From Octopus sinensis (lineage: Eukaryota): 42,694 nt of DNA. The stretch spans positions 1 to 42,694 of the forward strand of contig NW_021835129.1 of NCBI RefSeq assembly GCF_006345805.1. Direction: 5' to 3'. The notes beneath the pieces were generated by a model, which did not search any database, was not told the origin of the DNA, and saw only the letters and a program-made list of their open reading frames with translations. This document shows positions 11,813 through 23,232 of this stretch, piece after piece (within the stretch, counting starts at the first letter, position 1; every line of letters begins with the position of its first letter). A program made the position numbers and the translations under genes.

Positions 11813-13173
11813 ATTGAAAATTTTCGCACGTGTTGATATCACACTGAAAGACTTTCTAACTGAATAAATTTCAAAGTTTGAATTACGCACGTGGTGGTCA
11901 GTGGTCATTCTGATTGGTGTATGTGATCGCGATTTTGGTCATGGGGGTTCATTTGTGCAGATTTGGTGTGATTTCTTTTTTAAAAACAATAATGAATAAT
12001 GCAAGAATATATTTATTTATAAAGTTTAAACAGAATAAGTATCACATTTATTTTAAAGATTAACTTCAAGCTTTTATAAACCTAGCGTGGTGGTACGTAA
12101 ATAAACGGCGAAAATTAAAGCGTGGTGGTACGTAAATAAACAAAAGTTTAAACATGACGACGTAAATACACGAAGTTGACGTCTGACGTCAGATTTTTCT
12201 ACTTTCACTTCTGACAACCAAAGGCATGACTGTTCCCTTTGTTTAAAAAAATTTACTTTGTGTGAAAAAATTATTTATTTTGTGTTTTATTTACTTTTAT
12301 TTACTTTGCTAGGTAGTCGTTGTAGGATCGACTAGTCACGACTAGCTAGCACCGATACGCGAGTGCGCGCACCGGGACCACTCTTCTTAAATAGTACCCT
12401 TGTTAACTACCTCCTAGGACCCGCAAAGCTACGACTGCCATCTTCCAAGTTGGCACTTCTCCACATTCTTCTGTTTAAATTCCAGTGAAGGAGCCTTGAA
12501 TCTATGTCAGCACTTTCACTAGAAATAAATAATTATATAACATACACACTACGCCCCCCCCCCCGTGTGTATAATGAAATATATATTTAAAATATATATT
12601 TGCAACAGATATCGCTTAGATCCTGTAGGTTGAGTGTATTCACAGGTTTGTTACAAAAACTAAAGACACACGCATACATAAATCCATATATGCATGGTTC
12701 AGTGAGAGGAATATCGAAAAATTCACACGATCTGACTTTTTTCCCCTCCATAACTTTCAGGGGAAATGGCTATACTTTTTGTAATGGATCGTAAACACAC
12801 CAGCATCAGTTCTCAAGCGATGCTGGGGGGGACAAACAGACACACAAACATACACACTTCTTTCAGTTTCCGTTTACCAAATCTTTGGTTGGCCCGAGGC
12901 TATAGTAGAAGACACTTGCCCAAGGTGCCACGCAGTGGGACTGAACCCGGAACCATGTGGTTGGTAAACAAGCTACTTACCACACAGCCACGTTGCAAGA
13001 ACTAAAACTTTTTTCAAGGTTCAGTGAAAGGAATATCGGAAAATTTCACACGATCTGACTTTTTTTCCCTCCATAACTTTCAGGGGAAATGGGTATACTT
13101 TTTGTAAAGGATCGAGAAGGGGGAAGGAATTTCGGATCAGACGGCCCACATAAGTTGGAAATTGGGGCAATTT

Positions 13174-14025
13174 GGCGATCCTTTGTTTTAACTCGAAATA
13201 ATGTAATCACTGAATCGGTCATTTCCGTGACCACATGTCTTGTCAATTTGGAATAGAAAGCTAAATGGGTTGTGCGTGCTTGTTCCTGTGTGTGTGTGTG
13301 TGTGTGTGTGCGAGCGAGCGCGTGCTTGTTCCTCTGTGTATGTGTGTGTGTGTGTGTGCGAGCGAGCGCGTGCTTGTTCCTCTGTGTATGTGTGTGTGTG
13401 CGAGCGCTTGCTTGTTCTGTGTATATACTCTTTACTCTTTACTTGTTTCAGTCATTTGACTGCGGCCATGCTGGAGCACCGCCTTTAGTCGAAGAAATCG
13501 AGCCCCAGGACTTATTCTTTGTAAGCCTAGTACTTGTTCTATCGGTCTCTTTTGCCGAACCGCTAAGTTACGGGGACGTAAACACACCAGCATCGGTTGT
13601 CAAGCGATGCTAGGGGGACAAACACATGCACACACACACACATATATACATATATACTACGGCTTTCTTTCAGTTTCCGTCTACCAAATCCACTCACAAG
13701 GCTTTGGTTGGCCCAGGGCTATAGTAGAAGACACTTGACCAAGGTGCCACGCAGTGGGACTGAACCCGGAACCATGTGGTTGGTAAGCAAGCTACTTACC
13801 ACACAGCCACTCCTGCGCCTATATGTGTGTCTGTTCTGTTTTTTTTTTTTTTGTATTTGTTGTGGAATGTTGAAATAACACACAGGAACAAACACACACA
13901 CACACACGAACACGCACGATCGCACAACCCATTCGCTTTCTCTTCCAAATTGACAAGACAACATGTGGTCACGGAAATGACCAATTCAGTGTTTACATTA
14001 TTTCGAGTTAAAACGAAAGATTTCC
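13174..14025. mobile_element. Long-TIR MITE-like element, probably Merlin-related, containing a SINE A
   Basis: Inverted arms ~13174-13300 and ~13878-14025. It starts ggcgat and shares attcagtgtttacatt with the 10565 MITE. No TSD seen. Confidence 0.6.
13426..13819 (-). mobile_element. SINE family A, full length
   Basis: High similarity to 2355-2797. Confidence 0.92.
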
Positions 14026-14210
14026 TATTTTTAGAGGAAAATGTGTGATGTAAGGGAGATCTGGCTGTTGTTTCTAGCACATCACAAGATCTCCCTCCTT
14101 GTTTCTTTCTCACTCTCACACCTATTGATGTTTTTCAATATCTTTCGGAAAGACTTCCTCCTCCCCCACACCATTTTCTCGCAAATTATTCTTTAAAAAA
14201 ATTTTTTATG

Positions 14211-14662
14211 TCAAAACCCCATGTTTTTGGATAGGGAGATTCCAGAAAATTGCCAAAAATCGGAATTTTGAAATTTTTTGCCCCCACCCCTTCTCCTCAA
14301 TTTCATATTTCACTTTTTTCCATCACCCTAACTCTAAAACCCAACCCTAACCCTAACCTATCCCTAAAACCCCAACCCTATCTCTAAAACCCTAACCCTC
14401 AAACCCTAACCCTAGCTGTAATTAGAAAAATTTTTGTAAATTTTTTCAGAATCGTAATCTCTGTATTTTTCTGCATATTTTGACAAAACAAAAATTTGTG
14501 AAATAAAAATTTACAAAAATTTTTGGGAATTTTTTCCAGAAAAAAAAAAAAATTTCTGAAAAAAGTTAAAAATGAAGAACGGATGGGGTGTAATTTCAAA
14601 ATCCCGATTTTTGCCAATTTTTTTGCAGATTCGTATTCTCCCTAGTCGAAAATGGGGGTTTG
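14211..14662. repeat. Fold-back element with internal degenerate (TAACCC)n telomere-like tract at ~14325-14412
   Basis: Imperfect inverted arms (aaacccc..tagggaga..aaaattg.caaaaatcgg.attttgaaatt) enclose ccctaaccctaacc repeats. Confidence 0.65.
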
Positions 14663-14969
14663 TGTAGAACAAAAGAAATTAAATAAAAAAAGAAAAGGGG
14701 TGTTATTGGGGGTGTACAAAAGGACATCTTGTCTAGTTTTCTTCCCATGAACACATTTTATGGAATGATGATGCCAAAGTAACACATGCATTTAAATGGT
14801 AATTTAAATTTTGACTCTCACTTCCAACCAAATGAGTCCTTGTATTTGTAAGAAAAAAACATTTTCTAACAGAAAATTGTTATCAAAATAAATCATGTGT
14901 TACTTACCTCTTTTTAAAAACACTCTGGATATAACCTAATCAAGCTCTTCAATATTTTAGAATTATATT

Positions 14970-15370
14970 AGGAGTAGTAGTGGCTGTGTGGTAAGTAGCT
15001 TGCTCACCAACCTCATGGTTCCGGGTTCAGTCCCACTGTGTGGCACCTTGGGCAAGTGTCTTCTACTATAGCCTCGGGCCGACCAAAACCTTGTGAGTGG
15101 TTTTGGTAGACGGAAACTGAAAGAAGCTTGTCGTGTATATATGTATATATATGTGTGAGTATGTTTGTGTGTCAGTGTTTGTCCCCCCAAACATCGTTTG
15201 ACAACCGATGCTGGTGTGTTTGCGTCCCCGTAACTTAGCGGTTCAGCAAAAGAGACTGATAGAATAAGTACTAGGCTTACAAAGTATAAGTCCTGGGGGT
15301 TGATTTGCTCGACTAAAGGTGGTGCTCCAGCATGGCCACAGTCAAATGACTGAAACAAGTAAAAGAGTAA
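14970..15370 (+). mobile_element. SINE family A, full length
   Basis: tggctgtgtggtaag..gggttcagtccc head and gactgaaacaagtaaaagag tail. Confidence 0.92.
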
Positions 15371-15609
15371 AGAAACAAGTGGGGGAAGGGAGTGGGGCTA
15401 AAAAAAATCATAAATTTTCAAATTTTTTTTATAGTATGTGTTTTTATGTATGCGTTGAATTATGTATCCTCACCACTGGGCCAATCTTCTATTCATTCCC
15501 CACCCTTTTCACAATATTTATTTATTTGTTTTGGTTATCTTTCAGATACCCAGAATCTACAACCTTTTGAGAAATTCTGTCATTGCTGGTAGTGATAGAA
15601 TAGAAAGAA

Positions 15610-16144
15610 ATGGGATCTAAGAGAAAGAAGAATCTCTCGCGATCGCAGAGAAACAAGAAAAATTATGTATGTAAATGTAGATCAAAGAAAAATGTAACAA
15701 GCATTCCTGAGCAAGGGAACTTTTCAACAGGCATCCATAATGCTTTGCCGAGTACATCAGGCACTTTACAGGTCACCGAGGAACTTCACAATGCGAGCAA
15801 TTCACAGCTGAGGCCATACGTTGATGACTCATCAGATGAGGATATAGAGATAATGAGTCCAGAACACAAGAGGCGCCTGAATGACTGTTTGGTGAAATTG
15901 TTGGAAAATATGATTCCTGATGAAGTGCTCAATATTTTATTGGCAAAGAAAGTATTAACAATCTCTGAGATGGACACAGTTAAAAGTAAGGGAATCCGTA
16001 TGGCTATGAATGAAATGCTCATTTCTTTGGTGACCTGCAAGCCAGATAAAGCATTTAGTGTACTTGTAGAGGCCCTGAAGAGATCTGAGCAAAAGAATTT
16101 GGCCAAGTTACTGACATCTACCGAGTATCGAAAACGGAAACCAG
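15610..16144 (+). CDS. Host gene coding exon 1: basic N-terminus, linker, CARD (death-fold) domain at ~15853-16112
   Basis: MSPEHKRRLNDCLVKLLENMIPDEVLNILLAKKVLTISEMDTVKS..NEMLISLVTCKPDKAFSVLVEALKRSEQKNLAKLL fits the CARD helical pattern. Acceptor tctttcag at 15545 (exon starts 15546); phase-1 donor CCA G|gtaatt at 16144. Confidence 0.82.
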
Positions 16145-16462
16145 GTAATTTCTTCACATACAAATACAGACACACTCTTTCTTTCATAAACACTCCACAA
16201 CACTTCCCCTTACAAACATACACTCTGTCTTTTTTACACATGCACACGCACACACACACACACACTGAGGCATACATAGCTCCAGCTCCTTGCATTTCAC
16301 ACTACTATTGAAAATCAGTTAATTGTGAAACCGGTTAAGTAAATGCAACTAAATCTTGTTAAAGATACCAAGTTCATTTTCAATCTTTATCCTCTTTATA
16401 CCTCCACATGTGTAAAGAAAACCCTTATGTACACACATACACCCACATGAAACATATATATA

Positions 16463-16640
16463 TCATCATCATCATCATCATCATCATTTAGCGCCCGCTT
16501 TCCATGCTGGCATGGACGGTGCAACTGGGGTCTGGGAAGCCAGAAGGCTGCACCAGGCTTAGTCTGATCTGGCAATGTTTCTACGGCTGGATGCCCTTCC
16601 TAACGCCAACCACTCCATGAGTGTAGTGAGTGCTTTTTAC
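16463..16640 (-). mobile_element. RTE LINE 3' tail with (GAT)n; similar - strand tails at 18125-18315, 38463-38715 and 41484-41765
   Basis: Reverse complement of the 34290-34482 LINE end. Confidence 0.88.
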
Positions 16641-16739
16641 AAAAGAATAAGTCCCGGGGTCGAGTTGCTCGATTAAAGGCGGTGCTCCAGCATGGCCGCA
16701 GTCAAATGACTGAAACAAGTAAAATAGTAAAAGAGAGAG

Positions 16740-17757
16740 AGTTTCTGTTACTTAGGATGTTGTTCCAAAAGCGTAACTGCTAGAATAAGAATAGAATGGG
16801 CAAAGTTCAGAGAGCTACTACCTCTGCTAGTAACAAAGGGGCCTCTTCCTCAGAGTGAAAGGTAGGTTGTATGACGTCTGTGTATGAACAGCTATGCTAC
16901 ATAGCAGTGAAACACGGGCTGTGACTACTGAGACTTGAGAGAAATGAAGCCAGTATGCTCTGCTGGATTGGTAATGTCAATGTGCATATATGACAGAGTG
17001 TAGGTGATTTGTGAGAAAAACTGGATATACAAGGCATCAGATGTAGTGTGCAAGAGAGAAGACTGTGCTGGTACAATCATGTAATGCATATGAATGAAGG
17101 GTTGCATCAAGTGATACCAGTCTCTAATTGTGGAATAAAGTGGTTAGAAAGTAATCTTAAGGCATTGGGCCTAATAGAGGAGATCCCAGAGGTTTGCTGT
17201 GCTTGAGGTGACAAATCAAGCTATGTAAAATCATGGTTGTCCTTGCATACAAGCACGTCCCCTAGATCACTCTTCAGTTGAGTATCCCTAATCTTGAGGG
17301 CTTGCAAGTGCTAGTGTCATGTAAAAAGCACCTATACCTATTTCTTTACTACTCACAAGGGGCTAGACACAGAGGTTACAAACAAGGACAGACAAACAGA
17401 TTAAGTCGATTACATCAACCCCAGTGCGTAACTGGTACTTAATTTATCGACCCCGAAAGGATGAAAGGCAAAGTCGACCTCGGCGGAATTTGAACTCAGA
17501 ACGTAACAGCAGACGAAATACGGCTACGCATTTCACCTAGTGAGCTAACATTTCTGCCAGCTCGCCGCCTTAAAAAGCACCTATACCAGTGCCACATAAA
17601 AGCAGCCAGAACTCTTTGTAAAGTGGTTGGCTTCAGGAAGGGCATCAAGTCATAGAAACCTTGCCTAAACACACAGGGAGCCTGGTCAGTTCTTCAGTTG
17701 GTTATCTCCTGTCAAACCAGCCAACCCATGCAGTATGAAAAACAGACATATGATGAT
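16740..17757 (+). mobile_element. Degraded RTE LINE 3' part, interrupted by SINE B
   Basis: Collinear with ~33290-34480 (RIRIEWAKFRELLPLL..; RERRLCWY) and ends in (GAT)n. Confidence 0.8.
17339..17570 (-). mobile_element. SINE family B, full length, 17-bp TSD
   Basis: Head ggcggcgagctggcagaa; taaaaagcacctatacc is duplicated at 17322-17338 and 17571-17587. Confidence 0.92.
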
Positions 17758-18369
17758 GATGATGATTATGTGATTAAGAATCTCGCTTTGAAACTGAATG
17801 GCATTGGGTTCAGTTCTAGTGCACAGCACCATGGGCAATTGCCCTCTACTATAGCCCCAAGCTGACCAATGCCATGTGAGGGAATTTGGTAGAATGAAAT
17901 TGCGAGCAAGCCACTCACTCACACACACACATTCACATGAGTGTGTGTTTGCATTTGTCCCCTTACTACCACTAGACAATCTACTGTTGGTTTGTTTACA
18001 TCCCCTTAACTTAGTGATTAAACAGAAGAAGGGAAAATAAGTTTTGGTTTAAGTTTCTTTAGCTAAGGTGGTGCCCCAGAATGACTGCAGTCCAACGACT
18101 GAAAGTGAAATATAAAAAATGATATACATCATCATCATCATCATCATCATCACCATTTAGCGTCCGCTTTCCATGCTGGCATGAGTTGGACAGGTCAACT
18201 GGGGTCTGGGAAGCCAGAAGGCTGCACCAGGCCCAGTCTGATCTGGCAATGTTTCTACGGCTGGATGCCCTTCCTAACGCCAACCACTCCATGAGTGCAG
18301 TGGGTGCTTTTTACATTTAATGTCCGTTTTCTATGCTAGCATGGGTTGGAATATATATATATATATAAA

Positions 18370-18868
18370 TGGCTATTTCTTGCACCAGCTTCACATAGAA
18401 GCCTCAGCCCATCTAAAGTGCCTTGGATTGCAGGACGGCCTGCACTGCTTACCTTGGATCGTAGGGCGACCTGCTGTGCTTGAGGAGACCTATTGGGTCA
18501 AGTACATCAACAACAAAAAATGAAATGGAAATTGTAATTGTGATACCTGTGCCGGTGGCACGTTAAAAGCACCATCCGAACATGGCCAATGCCAGAGCCG
18601 CCTTGACTGGCTTCCGTGCCAGTGGCATGTAAAATGCACCAACTGATCATGGCCGTTGCCAGCCTCCCCTGGCACCTGTGCCGGTGGCACGTAAAATGCA
18701 CCCACTCCACTCACGGAGTGGTTGGTGTTAGGAAGGGCATCCAGCTGTAGAAACACTGCCAGATCAGACTGGAGCCTGGTCCAGCCTCCTGGCTTCCCAG
18801 ACCCCGGTTGAACCATCGAAACTATACTAGCATGGAAAACGGACGGTAAACGATGATGATGATGATGA
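18370..18868 (+). mobile_element. RTE LINE 3' UTR fragment with (GAT)n tail
   Basis: Collinear with 33820-34482. Confidence 0.88.
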
Positions 18869-19620
18869 TATATATAGGAGAATTTGTTTTTGAAAATGCA
18901 CATGGTTAAATGTTCACAGAATTCGATGACAGAGTTAGATAATATCAAAAATGATCTTCAAAGAGTATTAAAAATGTGGATTACTGAAAGTTTGGTCATA
19001 ACGAGTTATTATAGAATATGTGGACGAGAGAAAGAAGAAGAGAAGGGAGTAAAAAAAAAAAGGTTTGTTTTTACAGTTTCTATCATACATGGCATTCTGC
19101 TTTTTGGAATTAGTTTATATACATGTTTTTCCACGAATGGACCTAATTTTTGAATCATTATAATTCTTATGACATCTTATTCTTCCTGGGGGTCAAGTTT
19201 GGCATTCTACCTGGTTGACTTTGTTGAAGGGAATGGCGATCAATCTTTCCGGTTGGTTCATTCTCTTAAAGGGTCAGTTTGTTTTTTTTACTGAGCATCT
19301 GGTTCTGATCAGAGGTAAAATTTCATTGGTCTAGAGATAGGTGACATCAACAATTGACGTTTGAGAAGGTGTATGGTGTTATTGTTATCACTACCAGATA
19401 TATATATATATATTTCGATGGGTGAATAAATTATCCTATGTTTACTGTCAACATGGAAAATTCGATGAACCGATACCAGGGTAGCAAATTCACATCAGAA
19501 ACATGGTTGAAGCGACCTATCCAAAGGTAGAAACTCTGGGTTCATGTGCAGAAATTTGTGTGTTATATATGAATAAATAAATAAATGGAGTTGAACGAAG
19601 ATGTTAATAAAATTCTTTTA

Positions 19621-19702
19621 CTTTCGACATATGTTTCGAAGACAACATGGTTTTATTCCAAAGGAATAAACGGTGTAAGATGCAATCTTCTCATCAGGAA
19701 AG
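19621..19702 (-). ncRNA. Type I hammerhead ribozyme (canonical core, Penelope-associated type)
   Basis: Minus strand reads ctttc-CTGATGA-gaaga..(loop)..tcttc-GAAA-catatg-TC-gaaag, with stems I and II perfectly paired, a palindromic stem III (ACATATGT) and a GUC cleavage triplet. Confidence 0.8.
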
Positions 19703-19802
19703 AAAGGGAGCCTCTCTGTCTTCGAAACATATGTTGAAAGTAAAGGAATTTTATTAACATCTTCGTTCAACTCCATTTATTTATTTATTCATATATATAT
19801 AT

Positions 19803-20035
19803 ATTTCTTTACTACCCACAAGGGGCTAAACACAGAGGGGACAAACAAGGACAGACAAAGGGATTAAGTCGATTTACATCGAGACCCAGTACGCCACAGG
19901 TACTTTATTTATCGACCCCGAAAGGATGAAAGGCATCGTCGACCTCGGCGGAATATGAACTCAGAACGTAACGACAGACGAAATACCGCTAAGCGTTTCG
20001 CCCGGCGTGCTAACGTTTCTGCCAGCTTGCCGCCA
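19803..20035 (-). mobile_element. SINE family B, full length, within a TA tract
   Basis: High similarity to 17339-17570. Confidence 0.9.
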
Positions 20036-20370
20036 TACATATATATATATAATGAATAAGTGGGGATAGATTCTCCAGGCTGGTATCATTTGAGCGCTCG
20101 ATTATAATCCGGGTTGTGGCTAACACTGTATTTCATTCAATGGGTATATACTGGGTTTGCTTCGCAAGATTATCAATATTTTACCATGTGTATATCTAAG
20201 ACAATTACAATGAATATGGAGATTTGTACATCTGCATATTCTTTTATTTCCATAGTCAATTGTACAACATATTTGCTTTAAACTTATCCAACACATTTCT
20301 GGTGCATAGACATCGAGCAATTGCATTTGCATCTAGTTACTTTCAACTGATTATTAGTCTGCAACTTTAA

Positions 20371-20591
20371 CCCTTTTGATACCAACCCGGCTGAACCCAC
20401 CTCTGGCTCTGAGTACAAATGTCTTGTTTTCATAAGTTTTGAATTAAAATCTTCCACCAAACCTTAGTCACAATTTATGTTCCTAACACTAGCTTAATAA
20501 TAACTAAGTTATTTTACTAAATTCTTTGTCACATTTAAAATCAATCGAAAGAAACACAGAGCATCTCAACAGAAATATGGTAACAAAAGGG
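20371..20591. mobile_element. piggyBac-type MITE
   Basis: TTAA|cccttttg.tacca ... tggtaacaaaaggg|TTAA. Confidence 0.85.
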
Positions 20592-20715
20592 TTAATCTTT
20601 TTCACTCTGTGGAATCTTCACAGGTCCCATTAATATTGATGTTGAAGATATGAAAGGTGAAGATGACTTCAACAGCAATAAAATCATTCTTCCTTTCTTA
20701 AATAGCTTCTCTTAA

Positions 20716-20917
20716 CCCTTTCGTTACTAACCCGGCTGAATCTGGCTCTGTAGTACAAATGTCTTGTTTTCAAAAGTTCTGAATTAAAATCTTCCACCAA
20801 ACCTTAGTCACAATTTATGTTCCTAACACGAGCTGAATGATAATTAAGTTATTTTACTAAATTATTTATTATATTTAAAGTAATTGAAAGAAACACAGCA
20901 TCTCAAAATAAATAGGG
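20716..20917. mobile_element. Second copy of the piggyBac-type MITE
   Basis: TTAA|ccct ... aggg|TTAA, with a body very similar to 20371-20591. Confidence 0.82.
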
Positions 20918-21367
20918 TTAAGCAAGGTCCATCCACAGATATGGTTCAAAATGAACTAAGTGTATGTAGGCTTAGCTAGCATTATTTTCTTAGGTTACTA
21001 TAATTTTTGCGTGCAAAGAATGTGAGTGAAGGATTTGGAATCCTGAATTGCTATAAAAACTGCTATGGGATTGACCTTATCCTGACCCTAGGTTTGAAAT
21101 TCAAATTGAGACTACTAGATCTTTTAATTCAAAGTATATTATTTAAAAAGCCTGAGCCTTAATTGGATTATGAATTAGTGATCTTCAGATATTGTGTACA
21201 ATTATCGGTTACTAAACCAGACATAATTAAATATTGAGGTACACCGGATATCCTTTCTCCCACCACCATTAACTGTGTCTATTCTCCCAGACCCTCCTCC
21301 TCACTGTGCTGTTCTCTACATATTACCTGCACTCTCTCTTTCTCTATCTCTCTACTGAGACAAACAC

Positions 21368-21557
21368 AACTTTATAATGCGCACGTATGTGCCATCAAAT
21401 TGTCTCACAAACTCTTCATAAGCTTCAGAAGAGTTGTCTGGCCGTTTGATGCTGCAGAGCCATGACTTCAGTACATTACACATCTCACTTAAGCACTCTT
21501 TTCCTTTACTGTCAGAACTGGCTAAGTTCTCAATGTCAACTTGCATGCTTATCTCCC
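21368..21557 (-). CDS. Inverted 5' part of host exon 2, including its splice acceptor; 21368-21488 duplicates 22514-22634
   Basis: Minus strand reads tttatttttcttgcag|GG GAG ATA AGC ATG CAA.. (phase 1), i.e. EISMQVDIENLASSDSKGKECLSEMCNVLKSWLC.. The phase matches the exon 1 donor. Confidence 0.75.
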
Positions 21558-21649
21558 CTGCAAGAAAAATAAACAGGCTGTTTTGGTATTTTTTCTTAGT
21601 TTTTTTTTAGTTTTAAAATATTTACTATTAGTTTCCCCACCACAAAATA

Positions 21650-21962
21650 TCAAGAAAATAGACAAAAACAGCACCTGTGCTTTGAAGAACTTACTCTATG
21701 TCCTCAAATATGGTGGGTGTGATGGAGACTACATAGGTCAGACTAGTTTGACCTTGAGGGACAGACTGACGGTATACAAGCAACAAATCTGGGACCCCAT
21801 GACCAGGAAAATTCCCATAAGCAAACACTTAGACCAATGCCCTGCAAACATAAACCCAAAATACCAAATCGTCTCTCTCTATCAATGCACTGGAAACACT
21901 TCAACCCAATTCCAATTGAATAAGGAAAGCATATCATTAAAAATATAAACCACAACTAAATA
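21650..21962 (+). pseudogene. Penelope-like element GIY-YIG endonuclease fragment
   Basis: TCALKNLLYVLKYGGCDGDYIGQTSLTLRDRLTVYKQQI..ISKHLDQC..KE, then a frameshifted KYKPQLN end typical of Penelope endonucleases. Confidence 0.8.
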
Positions 21963-22454
21963 TCCTTTAAAAAGAAGAAAAACACTCAATTTCTCCACAG
22001 AAAAAAAGCAATCAGATACACAGACATAATTTGAAAACTTTAGTAACAGTTTTCCTCCTATGTTTCAAAACCACAATAACACAATACACTGGAGGTAGGA
22101 GCTGGTGTTAGCAGTGTTGTAAGTATAAGCATTATGGTCATCGAATGGTGTAGATTTAAGTTGTGTAGCAAAAATATGGATATTCCAATGTTAGGTTAGG
22201 AGGGAGTCAGCTAAAACTGGTTGCGTTTGTCCAGGAAGAGGAGGATTGAGGGTATAATGTAGGGTACCACCAACAGGGAAGGGTTCAGACAGAGAGAGAG
22301 GAAACAAGCTGATTCCTTCATACACACAAACACACCCACACACATGAACAAGCACACGTGGACAGTTGAATAGCATTCTCCTTCACTTGATAAGGCCAAG
22401 GTAAATTCCTGGGTAGTTGTTGGCATGTTTCTAGACTGAATGAAAATGAAACGA

Positions 22455-22512
22455 AAGCTAGCCGGGTAAGTAGGTAGGCAGATATCTGCCTACCTACTTA
22501 CCCGGCTAGCTT
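22455..22512. repeat. Perfect 58-bp spacerless palindrome
   Basis: aagctagccgggtaagtaggtaggcagat|atctgcctacctacttacccggctagctt. Confidence 0.97.
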
Positions 22513-22513
22513 C

Positions 22514-22894
22514 GTGAGATGTGTAATGTACTGAAGTCATGGCTCTGCAGCATCAAACGGCAAGACAACTCTTCTGAAGCTTATGAAGAGTTTGCGAGAC
22601 AATTTGATGGCACATACGTGCGCATTATAAAGTTTTGCAAACTTATGGAAAATCTAAGCAGCAAAGACCGGGCAGTTACTGATATTACAAATGGAAGTAT
22701 CCATCTCTGGTTCCATTGCTATACACTGAATGGTTTGTTAGATCTTTGGGAAATGTACAAAAGTGGGAAGTTTCTCCACCTTCTCCAGGAGTGTCTTATC
22801 AAACCAGATATAAAGCAGAAATTTCACCCGAAGATAAGAGTGAGAATAATTGATGAAGAATTTCAACAGTGTTATCAAGAATTATCTGGGCAAT
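22514..22894 (+). CDS. Host exon 2 body: TRADD-N-like domain; no acceptor at its 5' edge in the assembled orientation
   Basis: VTDITNGSIHLWFHCYTLNGLLDLWEMYKSGKFLHLLQECLI..IRVRIIDEEFQQCYQEL resembles the GS..C.....L..LW..Y.SG.L pattern I recall for animal TRADD-N-like domains. Phase-1 donor CAA T|gtaagc at 22894. Confidence 0.7.
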
Positions 22895-22984
22895 GTAAGC
22901 TTGACCATGTTTTCTAATGCTCTGAAACTTTTTTTTTACTTCACATTGTTTCTTTGTTAAATATTCAGGATGAAGCACAATTAT

Positions 22985-23232
22985 ATCTATCTATCTATCT
23001 ATCTATCTGTCTACATATCTATCTATCTATCTGTCTATCTATCTGTCTACATATCTATCCTTCTGTCTATCTGTCTACATATCTATCCTTCTGTCTATCT
23101 GTCTATCTATCTATCTGTCTATCTATCTATCTGTCTATCTATCTATCTGTCTATCTATCTGTCTATCTATATATCTGTCTGTCTTTCTATCTGTCTGTCT
23201 ATCTGTCTATCTATCTGTCTGTCCGTCTGTCT
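22985..23232. repeat. (TCTA/TCTG)n compound microsatellite
   Basis: Seen directly in the sequence. Confidence 0.97.

Larger units (their letters stand above)
10062..12398 (-). mobile_element. Merlin (IS1016/ISXO2-related) DNA transposon
   Basis: GG-terminal imperfect TIRs (ggtgctacttgagaacaatggtcacggtgcgcgcactcgcgt and its reverse complement ending 12398), subterminal inverted repeats at ~10170-10230 and 12177-12232, and an enclosed transposase. No TSD is recognisable. Confidence 0.8.

Noticed and set aside
10955-11908. 317-aa ORF taken as a complete protein or as bacterial IS1595 contamination
   Set aside because: Its C-terminus reads into the MITE and the true end is at 10432. The flanks are eukaryotic repeats, and Merlin is the eukaryotic relative of this family.
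14970-15050. tRNA gene candidates (A/B boxes)
   Set aside because: They are SINE heads continuing into SINE bodies, and I could not build a convincing cloverleaf.
16145-16311. C-terminal tail of the 233-aa ORF
   Set aside because: Read-through past a good splice donor into CA-rich intron.
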